This document shows, piece by piece, positions 1 to 9,371 of a DNA stretch of 64,000 nt. The DNA is taken from the NCBI GenBank assembly GCA_041660125.1, contig JBAZWY010000004.1, positions 165,630 through 229,629 on the forward strand. The letters run 5' to 3'. The notes below the pieces were generated by a model. That model searched no databases, was not told the DNA's origin, and saw nothing but the letters and a program-made list of their open reading frames with translations. Positions within the stretch are counted from its first letter, which is position 1; every line of letters begins with the position of its first letter. Origin of the DNA: Lentimicrobiaceae bacterium. Its GTDB lineage: Bacteria > Bacteroidota > Bacteroidia > Bacteroidales > UBA4417. The position numbers were made by a program, and so were the translations under genes.

Positions 1-559
1 TCTAAACTGTATTATTCGTGCAGAAGATAAAAGATAAAAGTAAAAAGATAAAAGTCAGGCAGTTGCAAACCATTTTCATAATTTATTTTGTAAAGATGAT
101 TTTTATGATTGCCTTCATAATGTTTTGATACTTTTGTCTTTATCCTTTTATCTTTTGTCTTTTTTGAAGTTTATGAATTATTCAAGCTAAAAAGCCTAAA
201 GTGATTTTCAAACATATTTTTAATTTAATTAGCTAAACATCAATCGATTGTTCATTGACTAGTAAATTTCTTAACCTTTTTTATCCTAAAGCAACTCTTG
301 GATCGTGATTATGTGATATCAAGGTTGAAAAACTAAGGCCTACCTTCAGGCATTTTAGGCACTCAAAACTTTAGGCACTGATCGGATAACAAATGAATTA
401 CAATAATTACTAAGGAAAACCGAAACTTAGTTCTTGCTGTTGCATGAGAAAAAAGAGCTATTTGCATCTATAAACCAGCACATTACAAATAGCAAATATT
501 GATTTCAGAAAATTTTCTGGTTTTTTTTATGCCCCTATTGCCCGAATAAAAAAAAGTAT

Positions 560-567
560 TACCTTTG
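560..567 (+). promoter_or_regulatory. Bacteroidota-type -7 promoter box TACCTTTG (consensus TAnnTTTG) upstream of tRNA-Glu/rpsT
   Basis: Exact match to TAnnTTTG about 20 nt upstream of the tRNA 5' end. Confidence 0.5.
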
Positions 568-586
568 CAGCCTTAAAAAAAGATAT

Positions 587-658
587 GGTCCGTTCGTCTA
601 GGGGTTAGGACGTCAGGTTTTCATCCTGGTAACAGGGGTTCGATTCCCCTACGGACTA
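587..658 (+). tRNA. tRNA-Glu (anticodon UUC)
   Basis: 72-nt cloverleaf. Acceptor stem GGTCCGT/ACGGACT, anticodon stem TCAGG/CCTGG with loop TTTTCAT (anticodon TTC), T-arm AGGGG-TTCGATT-CCCCT. CCA is not encoded. Confidence 0.93.
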
Positions 659-682
659 CAAACAACACTTTAAAGTTCAACA

Positions 683-934
683 ATGGCAAATCACAAGTCA
701 TCCTTAAAAAGGATCAGGGCAAACGACAAGAAAAGGCTTCGCAACCGCTATTATGCAAAAACAATGCGTAATTCAATTAAGACCTTTCGTGAATTAGAGG
801 ACAAAACTGTAGCTACAGAAAAACTTCCTTCACTTGTTTCTCTAATTGACAAACTTGCTAAGAAAAGCATCATTCACAAGAACAAAGCTGCGAACCTGAA
901 ATCGAAGCTTGCTAAAAAAGTGAATGCGCTTTAA
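683..934 (+). CDS. rpsT: 30S ribosomal protein S20
   Basis: 83 aa, N-terminus [22 protein letters not shown] typical of S20, basic and helical. Confidence 0.95.
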   Translation: MANHKSSLKRIRANDKKRLRNRYYAKTMRNSIKTFRELEDKTVATEKLPSLVSLIDKLAKKSIIHKNKAANLKSKLAKKVNAL

Positions 935-957
935 GTAACAATCTTTTCCAGGATAAC

Positions 958-981
958 GCCTCTGTATTCAGGGGCTTTTTT
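958..981 (+). terminator. Rho-independent terminator after rpsT
   Basis: Stem GCCTCTG/CAGGGGC (one G-U pair), loop TATT, followed by TTTTTT. Confidence 0.7.
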
Positions 982-1042
982 GTTTTATTTACTTTTGTAT
1001 TTTAGCATTTTCTATTTATTCTGCTTTTAATGCCATTTCCTC

Positions 1043-1738
1043 ATGGATAAAATTCTAAAAACATCAATTAAAGACTGGGCTGAGGATGATCAACCACGAG
1101 AGAAACTCCTTTATAAAGGTCCATCAGCACTCAGCAATGCAGAACTGATTGCCATACTTATCGGATCGGGAAACAATGAGGAATCGGCGGTTGCTTTATC
1201 GAAAAGAATAATGAACGAAGTGAGCGACAATTTCGCCGAATTAGCGCGGTTAACGATTTCGGATTTACAGAAATATAAAGGCATAGGCGAGGCAAAAGCA
1301 ATTACTATTGCCGCCGCGCTCGAGCTTGGCCGCAGAAGGGGCGCTTCCGTTCTGAACGAAAAACCCCAGGTAAAAGACAGCAAAACAGCCTTTATACTGC
1401 TCCAGAAAGAGCTTGGCGACCTGAATTATGAGAACTTCTGCATATTGTTGCTCAACAGGGCAAATAAAGTTCTGAAAACAGTCAGGATCAGCGATGGTGG
1501 TATAACTGGTACCGTGGTGGATCAGCGCAAAGTATTTAAAATCGCATTGGACAACAATGCAACCTCCATTATTTTAGGACACAATCATCCTTCAGGCCAA
1601 CTTATACCAAGTGATGCCGATATCCAATTAACCAAAAAGATGAAAGAAGCCGGCGTAGTGCTCGATCTGCCCGTTCTCGATCATATTATTGTCGGCGACG
1701 GGAATTATTATAGTTTTGCAGATGAAGGAATCATGTAG
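1043..1738 (+). CDS. radC: RadC-family JAMM protein (UPF0758)
   Basis: 231 aa. HhH-like N-terminal half (NAELIAILIGSG) and the C-terminal JAMM motif ILGHNHPSG. Confidence 0.92.
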   Translation: MDKILKTSIKDWAEDDQPREKLLYKGPSALSNAELIAILIGSGNNEESAVALSKRIMNEVSDNFAELARLTISDLQKYKGIGEAKAITIAAALELGRRRGASVLNEKPQVKDSKTAFILLQKELGDLNYENFCILLLNRANKVLKTVRISDGGITGTVVDQRKVFKIALDNNATSIILGHNHPSGQLIPSDADIQLTKKMKEAGVVLDLPVLDHIIVGDGNYYSFADEGIM

Positions 1739-1798
1739 AGACGCGATGCTCGCGTCTCTACATCCCGGAAATTAGAGACGCGAGCATCGCGTCTCTAC
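1735..1798. repeat. REPIN-like doublet: two copies of a 26-27-nt palindromic element in inverted orientation
   Basis: GTAGAGACGCGA-TGC-TCGCGTCTCTAC at 1735-1761 and its reverse complement TAGAGACGCGA-GCA-TCGCGTCTCTA(C) at 1773-1798, separated by 11 nt. The first copy overlaps the radC stop codon. Confidence 0.8.
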
Positions 1799-1870
1799 AA
1801 TCCGGATTTAATTTTCATTAAAAGAATAAAATTGCCTTTTAAAAAAAAATAATATAATAAGAAGAATTAA

Positions 1871-3028
1871 ATGCTAAAAATAGTTACCGTAGTTGGCGCA
1901 AGACCCCAGATTATTAAAGCTGCTGCGCTCAGCCGTGCCATCCGTAATTCCTTTGCCGATAAGATTACTGAAATAATAATTCATACGGGGCAACATTATG
2001 ATGCCAATATGTCGCAGGTCTTCTTTGAAGAATTAGGAATACCCAACCCGCACATTAACCTCAATATTGGCTCAGCTTCACATGGCAGGCAAACGGCTGA
2101 AATGCTACAAGGAATCGAAAATATATTGCTCGATGAAAATCCCGATTACCTGGTCCTTTATGGTGACACTAATTCAACTTTAGCCGGAACCATAGCTGCA
2201 AGCAAAATTCATATACCGGTCGTGCATATCGAAGCTGGATTGCGATCGTTCAATAAAAGCATGCCGGAGGAAATTAACCGCATCATGTGCGACCACGCTT
2301 CTACCCTATTGTTTGTTCCAACTAAAACCGGTATCAAAAACCTGGAGCGGGAAGGCTTTTCCACCAGAACTTCTGCTCCTTTCAGCGCTGATCACCCGGG
2401 AGTTTTTCATTGTGGCGATATTATGTTTGACAACCTGGTTCATTTTGCCGGAATGGCTGAACAGAAAACGGACATCATGCAGAAACTCGATCTGAAAAAA
2501 AACGAGTTTGTACTTTGCACCATTCACCGCGACAACAACACCGACTCGCCAGAGCGATTATATGAAATTATCAGCGCCATGTGTTATATAGCCGAAAATA
2601 TGCACCTGAAAATTGTTATTCCTCTGCACCCGCGTACTTCAAAAATTATTGAAAGTAAACTTTCCAAAGATTTATTTAAAAGATTAACCGGCAATAAAAA
2701 TATCCACCTAATCCCACCGGTTTCGTATCTCGAAATGATTATGCTGGAAAAAAATTCAAACCTTATCCTTACCGATTCGGGCGGCGTGCAGAAAGAAGCT
2801 TATTTCTTTAAAAAGCCTTTGGTAGTGGCACGCCCCGAAACCGAATGGACCGAAATTATTGAAAACGGTGCCGGAATTATAGCTGATGCTAATGAAATAA
2901 AGATCATTGAAGCAGTGAAGCATTTTCATAAGAATTCCTCACTGAATTTCCCGAATGTATTCGGTGACGGGCATGCTGCTGAATTTATTTGCAGAACAAT
3001 GCTGGAGCAGATGACTTGTTCGGCCTAA
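1871..3028 (+). CDS. wecB: UDP-N-acetylglucosamine 2-epimerase (non-hydrolysing)
   Basis: 385 aa. N-terminus KIVTVVGARPQIIKAA, HTGQHYD, DSGGVQKEA motifs typical of the WecB/MnaA family. Confidence 0.9.
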   Translation: MLKIVTVVGARPQIIKAAALSRAIRNSFADKITEIIIHTGQHYDANMSQVFFEELGIPNPHINLNIGSASHGRQTAEMLQGIENILLDENPDYLVLYGDTNSTLAGTIAASKIHIPVVHIEAGLRSFNKSMPEEINRIMCDHASTLLFVPTKTGIKNLEREGFSTRTSAPFSADHPGVFHCGDIMFDNLVHFAGMAEQKTDIMQKLDLKKNEFVLCTIHRDNNTDSPERLYEIISAMCYIAENMHLKIVIPLHPRTSKIIESKLSKDLFKRLTGNKNIHLIPPVSYLEMIMLEKNSNLILTDSGGVQKEAYFFKKPLVVARPETEWTEIIENGAGIIADANEIKIIEAVKHFHKNSSLNFPNVFGDGHAAEFICRTMLEQMTCSA

Positions 3029-3371
3029 ATTTATTTTCCACGGAAATGAATTATTCGAATGGTTCTAAACTCAATTTTATTGAAGATAGCCTGAATGATC
3101 GTATGGCGTTTACGAAATAAATCCCTTTCAGTGACATCAGCTTCTACAAATTGATTTGCAGACATCTTTCTCTAGTTTGAATCAGGTTCATTTTCTTAAA
3201 AAGCTGAGAAAATCAATAATAAACTACCTCAAAACATAGTACATTTGCAGACTTTTTTAGTCAGTTAAGGCGTTCAGAAAACAAGAATTACTTTTTATTA
3301 ATAATCGGTAATTATCTTACTGTATATCTGATCCTTATCCATTATTTTTCAACAGTAAATCCAAAAATAAG

Positions 3372-4004
3372 ATGCCATCAGTAACTGATAGTCATCTGAA
3401 AACTTTTGTTGAAGCAGCCCACCGTATAGGTACGCATCAATTGCTGCTTTGCAGTAGCGGTAACCTTTCGTGGCGACAGAATGATGAAATAGTGCTTATT
3501 TCACAAACAGGTTCATGGCTTCCATACTTAAGCAAGGACCAGGTTAGTATCAGCCGTCATTCGGACGGAGTGATCCTAAACAATGTTAACCCCTCCATGG
3601 ACAGCGGATTTCATTTTAGCATCATGCGCCAACGTAAAGATGTAAATGTAATACTTCATTTCCAGTCGTTGTACAGCACCACCCTTGCTTGTTTACCCGA
3701 TCCGCCCAAAGATTTTAATGTTATTAACGAAATCCCCCTATACGTAGGGAAAATTGATATGCTCCCGTATATCTGTCCCGGTTCACCTGAGTTAGGAATA
3801 AAAGTTACCGAATCAATGAAAACGCACAATCTGGTTGTGCTACAAAATCATGGGCAGGTGGTAGTCGGTAGTAGTTTTAACGATGTGATACAGAAAGCAC
3901 TTTTCTTTGAGCTCGCATGCGGGATTATAATACGAAGCAACAACCAGGCTTTACGCCTTACAGAAGATCAGATGACTGAAATGGGGAAATACTTGAACAG
4001 GTAA
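3372..4004 (+). CDS. Class II aldolase/adducin-domain protein
   Basis: 210 aa. GNLSWR, PSMD...ILHFQS and LQNHGQVVVG segments align by eye to the class II aldolase fold. The metal/acid-base residues appear partly substituted. Confidence 0.7.
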   Translation: MPSVTDSHLKTFVEAAHRIGTHQLLLCSSGNLSWRQNDEIVLISQTGSWLPYLSKDQVSISRHSDGVILNNVNPSMDSGFHFSIMRQRKDVNVILHFQSLYSTTLACLPDPPKDFNVINEIPLYVGKIDMLPYICPGSPELGIKVTESMKTHNLVVLQNHGQVVVGSSFNDVIQKALFFELACGIIIRSNNQALRLTEDQMTEMGKYLNR

Positions 4005-4163
4005 CCTGGGATGTCGAACTTTTTGAAAAAACATATTGAATTGGAAGAAGATCAAATCCCTTTCGGGAATAAATCTTGTTTCTATAAAAAAATCCCGGAA
4101 CTGTTCGCTAACAACCCCGGGATTTATATTTTTCCATCTTAGAAATTACCTAAGGCGAAGAGT

Positions 4164-4931
4164 TTATTTATTTTCTTTCTTTTCGAATTTCAGTAATTCT
4201 ACATCAAATATCAGGGTGGAACCTTCAGGAATTGGACCTGTTTTTTTATCGCCGTAGGCAAGTTTTGCAGGAATATACAGCATATACTGTGCACCTGGTT
4301 TCATCAGTTTGAGGGCTTCGGTCCATCCGGCAATAACTCCGTTAACGGGAAACTCAATAGGTTCGCCTCTTTCGCGTGACGAATCGAATACAGTGCCATC
4401 AAGTAGTGTGCCTGTATAATGAACCGTGACCATATCATTATCCTCAGGTGAATCGCCTTCACCTGCTTTCAGAATTTTGTACTGCAAGCCGCTTGGCAGT
4501 TCAACGACGCCTTCTTTGAGTTTGTTTGCAGCTAGAAAAGCCTCACCCAATTTTTCATTTTTAGCCATTTCCTGTTCGGCCAAAGCTGTCTTTTTTGCGT
4601 TCATATCCTGTTGCCATGCCATCATGATTGCTTCGATTTGTTCCTGAGAAAAAATAGTATCAGCTTTATCCTGGGCATCAGAAAATCCTTTAAAAACGAA
4701 ATCTTTGTTCAGGTCAAGGGCGTTTTTAGCAAAACTGCGGGCTATATCAGCTCCGATAATGTAACTTATTGTATCGTTATTATTTGCAAATAACGGCTTA
4801 GCTGCTACCGGCGCAGTTACAACCTCTTCTTTTGCACCCTTTTTCTTTTTTTCCTTCTTCTGAGCATAAGCTTGTGAGGAAACTGCTGTTATCAGCATTA
4901 CTATAACAGTAAGTAAAATGTATTTTTTCAT
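4164..4931 (-). CDS. FKBP-type peptidyl-prolyl cis-trans isomerase, periplasmic (FkpA-like)
   Basis: Signal peptide from MKKYILLTVIVMLITAVSSQAYA (start moved to the internal ATG at 4931). C-terminal FKBP domain LPSGLQYKILKAGEG...VHYTGTLLDGTVFDSS...LIFDVELL. Confidence 0.9.
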   Translation of the reverse strand: MKKYILLTVIVMLITAVSSQAYAQKKEKKKKGAKEEVVTAPVAAKPLFANNNDTISYIIGADIARSFAKNALDLNKDFVFKGFSDAQDKADTIFSQEQIEAIMMAWQQDMNAKKTALAEQEMAKNEKLGEAFLAANKLKEGVVELPSGLQYKILKAGEGDSPEDNDMVTVHYTGTLLDGTVFDSSRERGEPIEFPVNGVIAGWTEALKLMKPGAQYMLYIPAKLAYGDKKTGPIPEGSTLIFDVELLKFEKKENK

Positions 4932-5015
4932 ATAGATTTTAATTGTTTTCGCAAAAGTATGGAAATAATGCAATTGTAAACATTAAAAGATGTTAAATAG
5001 GAATTGGGGGTTAAA

Positions 5016-5370
5016 GGGTTTCGGGTTTCGGGTTTCGGGTTTCGGGTTTCGGGGTTACAGAGTTACAGAGTTACAGGGTTTCAGAGTTTCAGGGTTTCAG
5101 GGTTTCAGAGTTTCAGAGTTTCAGAGTTTCAGAGTTTCAGAGTTTCAGAGTTTCAGAGTTACCGGGTTACAGAGTTACAGAGTTACAGAGTTACAGAGTT
5201 ACAGAGTTACAGAGTTACAGAGTTACAGAGTTACAGAGTTTCAGAGTTTCAGAGTTTCAGAGTTTCAGAGTTACCGGGTTACAGAGTTACAGAGTTACAG
5301 AGTTACAGGGTTTCAGAGTTACAGAGTTTCAGGGTTTCAGAGTTTCAGAGTTTCAGAGTTTCAGAGTTTC
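5016..5370. repeat. Tandem array of 7/8-nt units (GGGTTTC, AGAGTTTC, AGAGTTAC, AGGGTTTC)
   Basis: Uninterrupted short-period repeats seen directly. Homogeneous sub-blocks of each variant. Confidence 0.95.
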
Positions 5371-5380
5371 TGGTTTTGAT

Positions 5381-5429
5381 ATCCAACATCCGACATCCAA
5401 CATCCGACATTCAACATCCGACATTCAAC
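5381..5429. repeat. Heptamer array ATCCRAC/ATTCAAC x7
   Basis: atccaac atccgac atccaac atccgac attcaac atccgac attcaac. The same unit family recurs at 9372-9399 (inverted) and 52497-52551. Confidence 0.9.
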
Positions 5430-5459
5430 ATTACCATTCCATTGTCACCCTTCGCCTTT

Positions 5460-6182
5460 CTACACTATAACAACCGAACTTTCTTCGATCAACGCTTCTC
5501 CCCGATAACGGCGAAAAATCTGGGCTACCGTCAGCACATCTTTTGTACAATAATGAACAATACGCTGTAAATTGTTCTCTTTATAATATACTTCGGCAAC
5601 CTGGCTACCATCAATATCATCTTTAGGTGTGGGAATGTCCAAAATGGCAGCAAGCAGATCCAGCGATGTGAAATTTTTATAGTCTCCAAATTTCCATAGT
5701 TCCATGGTATCCAGATGATTTACTTCCCAGGGTTTCTTGCCCGATAAATCCAGGATTTGAGGAATGGCAATACCAAGTACAATCATCCGGCGGGCCATAT
5801 AAGGAAAATCGAACTCTTTGCCATTATGGGCACAAAGCAAATGTTCAGGCCGGTTGTAACGTTTGTTCAGAAGGTCAGCAAATTCGGTGAGCAGCAACTT
5901 TTCATCATGTCCCGAAAATGATTTTATCCTTAATTCGCCCTTTAAAAATGCTCCCACCGAGATACATATGATCTTTCCAAATTCCGCATAAATCCCTGCC
6001 CTGCCATACAAATGTTCAGGCGAAATAGCTTCATCAGGGGTATTGCTGTAGGATGAAAGACGCTCGGCTTTTTTATTCCATAGCTTCTGCAAGCGCTCGC
6101 TCATCTGATTATACTCAGGAAAAGCCGGAACCGTTTCAATATCAAGAAATAACACATTTTCAATATCAATTTTCTCTAGCAT
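5460..6182 (-). CDS. DEDD-type 3'-5' exonuclease (PolB-exonuclease-like, RNase H fold)
   Basis: 240 aa. Exo motifs LFLDIETVP, HNGKEFDFPYM, HYCTKDV. Confidence 0.8.
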   Translation of the reverse strand: MLEKIDIENVLFLDIETVPAFPEYNQMSERLQKLWNKKAERLSSYSNTPDEAISPEHLYGRAGIYAEFGKIICISVGAFLKGELRIKSFSGHDEKLLLTEFADLLNKRYNRPEHLLCAHNGKEFDFPYMARRMIVLGIAIPQILDLSGKKPWEVNHLDTMELWKFGDYKNFTSLDLLAAILDIPTPKDDIDGSQVAEVYYKENNLQRIVHYCTKDVLTVAQIFRRYRGEALIEESSVVIV

Positions 6183-6419
6183 AGATTTCAGTTTTAAATT
6201 TGATTAAATATACACTGCTACAATAGTTGGTGCTGATTGAAAAACTGCCTGATCAGGGAAATAAAAGCTTAGCAGAAATCATATTTTCTTTCTTTTCATT
6301 CTTGTTGTTACTTGTTGATATAAAATTACAAAGATTTTAATTCCCTTTCACAGCAATTCATGTAATTTTAAGGCCTGAAATATAATTCTCGCTAACCCTT
6401 TTTCAAAATACCGAATAAA

Positions 6420-7100
6420 TTGCAAAAAATAATTCTTCAAACCACAACCGACGGGTCTCATACCTTGTTTGTCCCCGAATTGAATGAGCATTATCATTCA
6501 ACAAACGGGGCATTGCAGGAATCAGAACTGGTGTTTATTCAAAACGGATTGCATCATATACCCTTATGCATCAAAGAAATTAACATTCTGGAAGTAGGTC
6601 TTGGGACAGGTCTCAATGCTTTGCTTACAGTTCTCGAAGCTAAAAAACAACGCCGGAAGATTAATTATGTTGCCATTGAACCTGAACCTCTTGCCAAAGA
6701 TTTACTCGAACAATTAAATTATGCATCTCTAATTGGCGGCACTGAAGCAACAGGTTATTTTAAAAAACTACATGAATCGAGCTGGACATACCCTGCATTC
6801 CTGAGCGACTATTTCATTATCAGCAAGATGCAAGCCAGATTAGAGGATGTTACGCTTCGTGATGAACAATTCCACCTGGTATATTTCGATGCTTTCGGCC
6901 CGGATGTACAACCCGAATTATGGACCGAACAAGTATTTGCGCAGTTATTCAAATGCCTGAAACCGGATGGAATTCTTGTAACATACAGTTGTAAAGGCAC
7001 CGTGAAGCGAGCATTGAAAGCTGCAGGATTTACTATCGAGAAACTAGCGGGACCGGCAGGAAAGCGGGAAGTACTCAGGGCAATGAAAAGAAGGGTTTAA
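6420..7100 (+). CDS. mnmD: tRNA (mnm5s2U34) methyltransferase, MnmD/MnmC2-like (DUF752)
   Basis: 226 aa, TTG start. SAM motif ILEVGLGTGLN and VYFDAFGPDVQPELW typical of stand-alone MnmC methyltransferase domains. Confidence 0.75.
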   Translation: MQKIILQTTTDGSHTLFVPELNEHYHSTNGALQESELVFIQNGLHHIPLCIKEINILEVGLGTGLNALLTVLEAKKQRRKINYVAIEPEPLAKDLLEQLNYASLIGGTEATGYFKKLHESSWTYPAFLSDYFIISKMQARLEDVTLRDEQFHLVYFDAFGPDVQPELWTEQVFAQLFKCLKPDGILVTYSCKGTVKRALKAAGFTIEKLAGPAGKREVLRAMKRRV

Positions 7101-7120
7101 GGATTTGGAGTTAGGTTGTA

Positions 7121-7268
7121 GGGTTTCATGTTTCAGGGTTTCAGGGTTTCAGAGATTCAGAGATTCAGAGTTTCAGGGTTTCAGGGTTTCAGAGTTTCAA
7201 GGTTTCAGAGTTTCAGGATTTCAGAGTTTAAGAGTTTCAGAGTTTCATGTTTCAGAGTTTCGTGTTTC
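7121..7268. repeat. Tandem 8-nt array (AGGGTTTC/AGAGTTTC/AGAGATTC variants)
   Basis: Same unit family as 5016-5370. Lies between the mnmD stop and the cupin gene. Confidence 0.9.
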
Positions 7269-7366
7269 CTAATTGCCGATCCAGTCATTTTTAATTTTCA
7301 ATTCTATTTACTCAAACTGCAAAACAGTAATAATCAACATAAATCAGTAATAAATACAAGAACTAT

Positions 7367-7729
7367 ATGATAAAACACATCAAAACTCCGGCTCTGATAA
7401 TGGGTGCAGGAAATAAGGAGAAAAAAATTGAAGAATTTTTCGGACGTGTAAACTCCGACACTTCAGAAGTAAGCATTGCCCGGATGACAAGTCCTGAGGG
7501 TTGGGTTGAACCCGGTCAGTGCCCTGAATTTAATGAATACACATTGGTTCTGAAAGGAACGCTGAAAGTAGCCAGCAGTGATGGAGAAATACTTGTATCC
7601 GAAGGGCAGGCAATCCTTACAGGAAAGGGCGAATGGGTACAGTACAGCAGTCCCTTTGCAGGTGGTGCCGAATATGTTGCCGTATGTTTGCCTGCTTTTG
7701 CAATGGACCTGGTGAAAAGGGACGAGTAA
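7367..7729 (+). CDS. Cupin-domain protein
   Basis: 120 aa. Small beta-barrel-like sequence (EYTLVLKGTLKV...GQAILTGKGEWVQY). Family call made by eye only. Confidence 0.6.
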   Translation: MIKHIKTPALIMGAGNKEKKIEEFFGRVNSDTSEVSIARMTSPEGWVEPGQCPEFNEYTLVLKGTLKVASSDGEILVSEGQAILTGKGEWVQYSSPFAGGAEYVAVCLPAFAMDLVKRDE

Positions 7730-8000
7730 TCGCTGATTTAAATAATGTTCTTTCCGGAATTCAAACTACAGAAATGAAGAGTGAACATGGATTACTCACT
7801 CTTTGCTTATATTTATAGGTGTTTCCCGCTGAGCGGGACAGGCTGTGAGGTCGCTTCGCCAGGTTAACAATTCCGGGATTTAGAAGTAATCAGTAATTCA
7901 GTTTACTATTTTTGCTTCATAAATAGCTAATCGTTAATCCTTGTTTTTGAAATTGAAGAATTTCAGCTTTAATGGCAGGTTCTGATTAGCGAAACGGATA

Positions 8001-8903
8001 TTACATTTCAACAAACGAATTGGAAGCGCTGTCGTATTTCTTGTTAAAGATTCCAGCTTTAAGCAAACTATTAATTGTATTGCGTACAGTAGTTATACGC
8101 TGGTTGTAATTTGCAGACCCGATTGAACATAGATTTGTAAATGCGATGTCATAATTTCCGTTGGTATTCAGTGCATTAGCAATCCTGTCGTTCATGCCAC
8201 GCCCCTGGTGGCGGATATCACAGATCATCTGGCATACTTTTGCCGGAACCCCGTTCAAATTAAAGCGTTTGTCGTATTCAACCATATTGTTTTTAAAATG
8301 TTGAATAGCGGTTTCGACCTGGATTTTACGATGGGCCGTATCGTTGCTTGCCCAATGCACCATACGGGCCGAACATATCAGTTCCTGGTTTTCGACTTCC
8401 AGCAAGGAAGGGTTCAGGTAGTCCATCAATGCCTGTGTTGTTATATCGTTTTCCAACTGTGAAAGAGTACCGGTTCCGTTTCTATAAAAAATACGGGAAT
8501 CTTTCAACACCAGCTTTGGAAAATAATCAGTGGCATTTGGCAAAGCGAGCAACTTGCGGAAAAACTTTACAAAATCGCCATTCGGCACATGGGCAGCATA
8601 TTGCATAAAACTGAAAGTGAATTTTGCCCTATCGTAGGTATTCAGGCACAAGTAGGATCCCCTGCTTTCGGCCTGGGCTGTAGGATTAATATAATATGCC
8701 CAAAAACCGAAATCGGAACCATAATCAGCCGGATTGTAAACCAGTCCTGGCGTAACAGTTGTATTGAACAATCCAAAATTTCCGGCATATACTGTTCGGC
8801 TACCAATTACAAATTTTGGTTCCGAACTACCGTTTAACTTTGCATAATGAACTGTACGGCCGGTAGCCGTAACTCCGCTCGAAAGTGAAAAATCATGTGG
8901 CAT
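8001..8903 (-). CDS. Hypothetical protein (300 aa, no signal peptide, no recognised motif)
   Basis: Long uninterrupted ORF with ordinary composition. Function not recognised. Confidence 0.6.
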   Translation of the reverse strand: MPHDFSLSSGVTATGRTVHYAKLNGSSEPKFVIGSRTVYAGNFGLFNTTVTPGLVYNPADYGSDFGFWAYYINPTAQAESRGSYLCLNTYDRAKFTFSFMQYAAHVPNGDFVKFFRKLLALPNATDYFPKLVLKDSRIFYRNGTGTLSQLENDITTQALMDYLNPSLLEVENQELICSARMVHWASNDTAHRKIQVETAIQHFKNNMVEYDKRFNLNGVPAKVCQMICDIRHQGRGMNDRIANALNTNGNYDIAFTNLCSIGSANYNQRITTVRNTINSLLKAGIFNKKYDSASNSFVEM

Positions 8904-9089
8904 AGCTTGAATATTAAGAGTTTATGGAACTAAAGATACTCATTAATTCCTATTAATGCTATTTTTAAAAATAGATTAATGAATGGAATCAACAAAATAA
9001 CAAACGAAAATCTGTTTTGCTTTTACCCTTTTCAATTAATTACCAATCAAGCCATTAACTCTGTTTGTATTCTAAAAATCAGTAGCCGT

Positions 9090-9359
9090 TTATTTCCTGA
9101 CAAATCCATGAAAATCCTGCACCGGGCAATGTTGAATATCAACTTTTTCGACCCATGCATGTGAAGGCCCCTGCTGACATGCGTGTATAAACAGTTCTAA
9201 TTTTTCCGGCTCGCCTTCGGCTTCAATATAAACATTCCCATTCGACAGGTTTTTAACAAAGCCGCTTATCTCCAGATATTCAGCCTTTTGTATCACAAAA
9301 TACCTGAACCCGACACCTTGCACATGACCGTATATGGTTAGAATTACGGCTTGTTTCAT
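9090..9359 (-). CDS. acyP: Acylphosphatase
   Basis: 89 aa. Motif YGHVQGVGFRYF plus GFVKNLSNGNVYIEAEG. Confidence 0.92.
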   Translation of the reverse strand: MKQAVILTIYGHVQGVGFRYFVIQKAEYLEISGFVKNLSNGNVYIEAEGEPEKLELFIHACQQGPSHAWVEKVDIQHCPVQDFHGFVRK

Positions 9360-9371
9360 AATTTAAATATT

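Noticed and set aside
3031-3165. 44-aa minus-strand ORF (MSANQFVEADVTERDLFRKRHTIIQAIFNKIEFRTIRIIHFRGK) in the wecB-aldolase spacer
   Set aside because: Too short to support without conservation data, and no motif is recognised. It could be a gene fragment or chance.
4036-4257. 73-aa + strand ORF overlapping the 3' end of the FKBP gene
   Set aside because: It overlaps a well-supported gene on the opposite strand and has a low-complexity product with no start context.
5016-5429. Possible CRISPR array, because of the many short direct repeats (also at 7121-7268, 43621-43691, 52371-52551)
   Set aside because: The units are 7-8 nt and contiguous, with no unique spacers of about 30 nt. There are no cas genes in the window.
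4990-5570. Two long overlapping ORFs (129 aa and 188 aa) with repetitive FRVSEFQS/YRVTELQS sequence
   Set aside because: They are direct translations of the 7/8-nt tandem array. Period 8 keeps all frames open and cycling, there is no start context, and the composition is purely repeat-driven.
7128-7370. 80-aa ORF (MFQGFRVSEIQRFRVSGFQ...)
   Set aside because: Same artefact: translation of the 8-nt tandem array between mnmD and the cupin gene.
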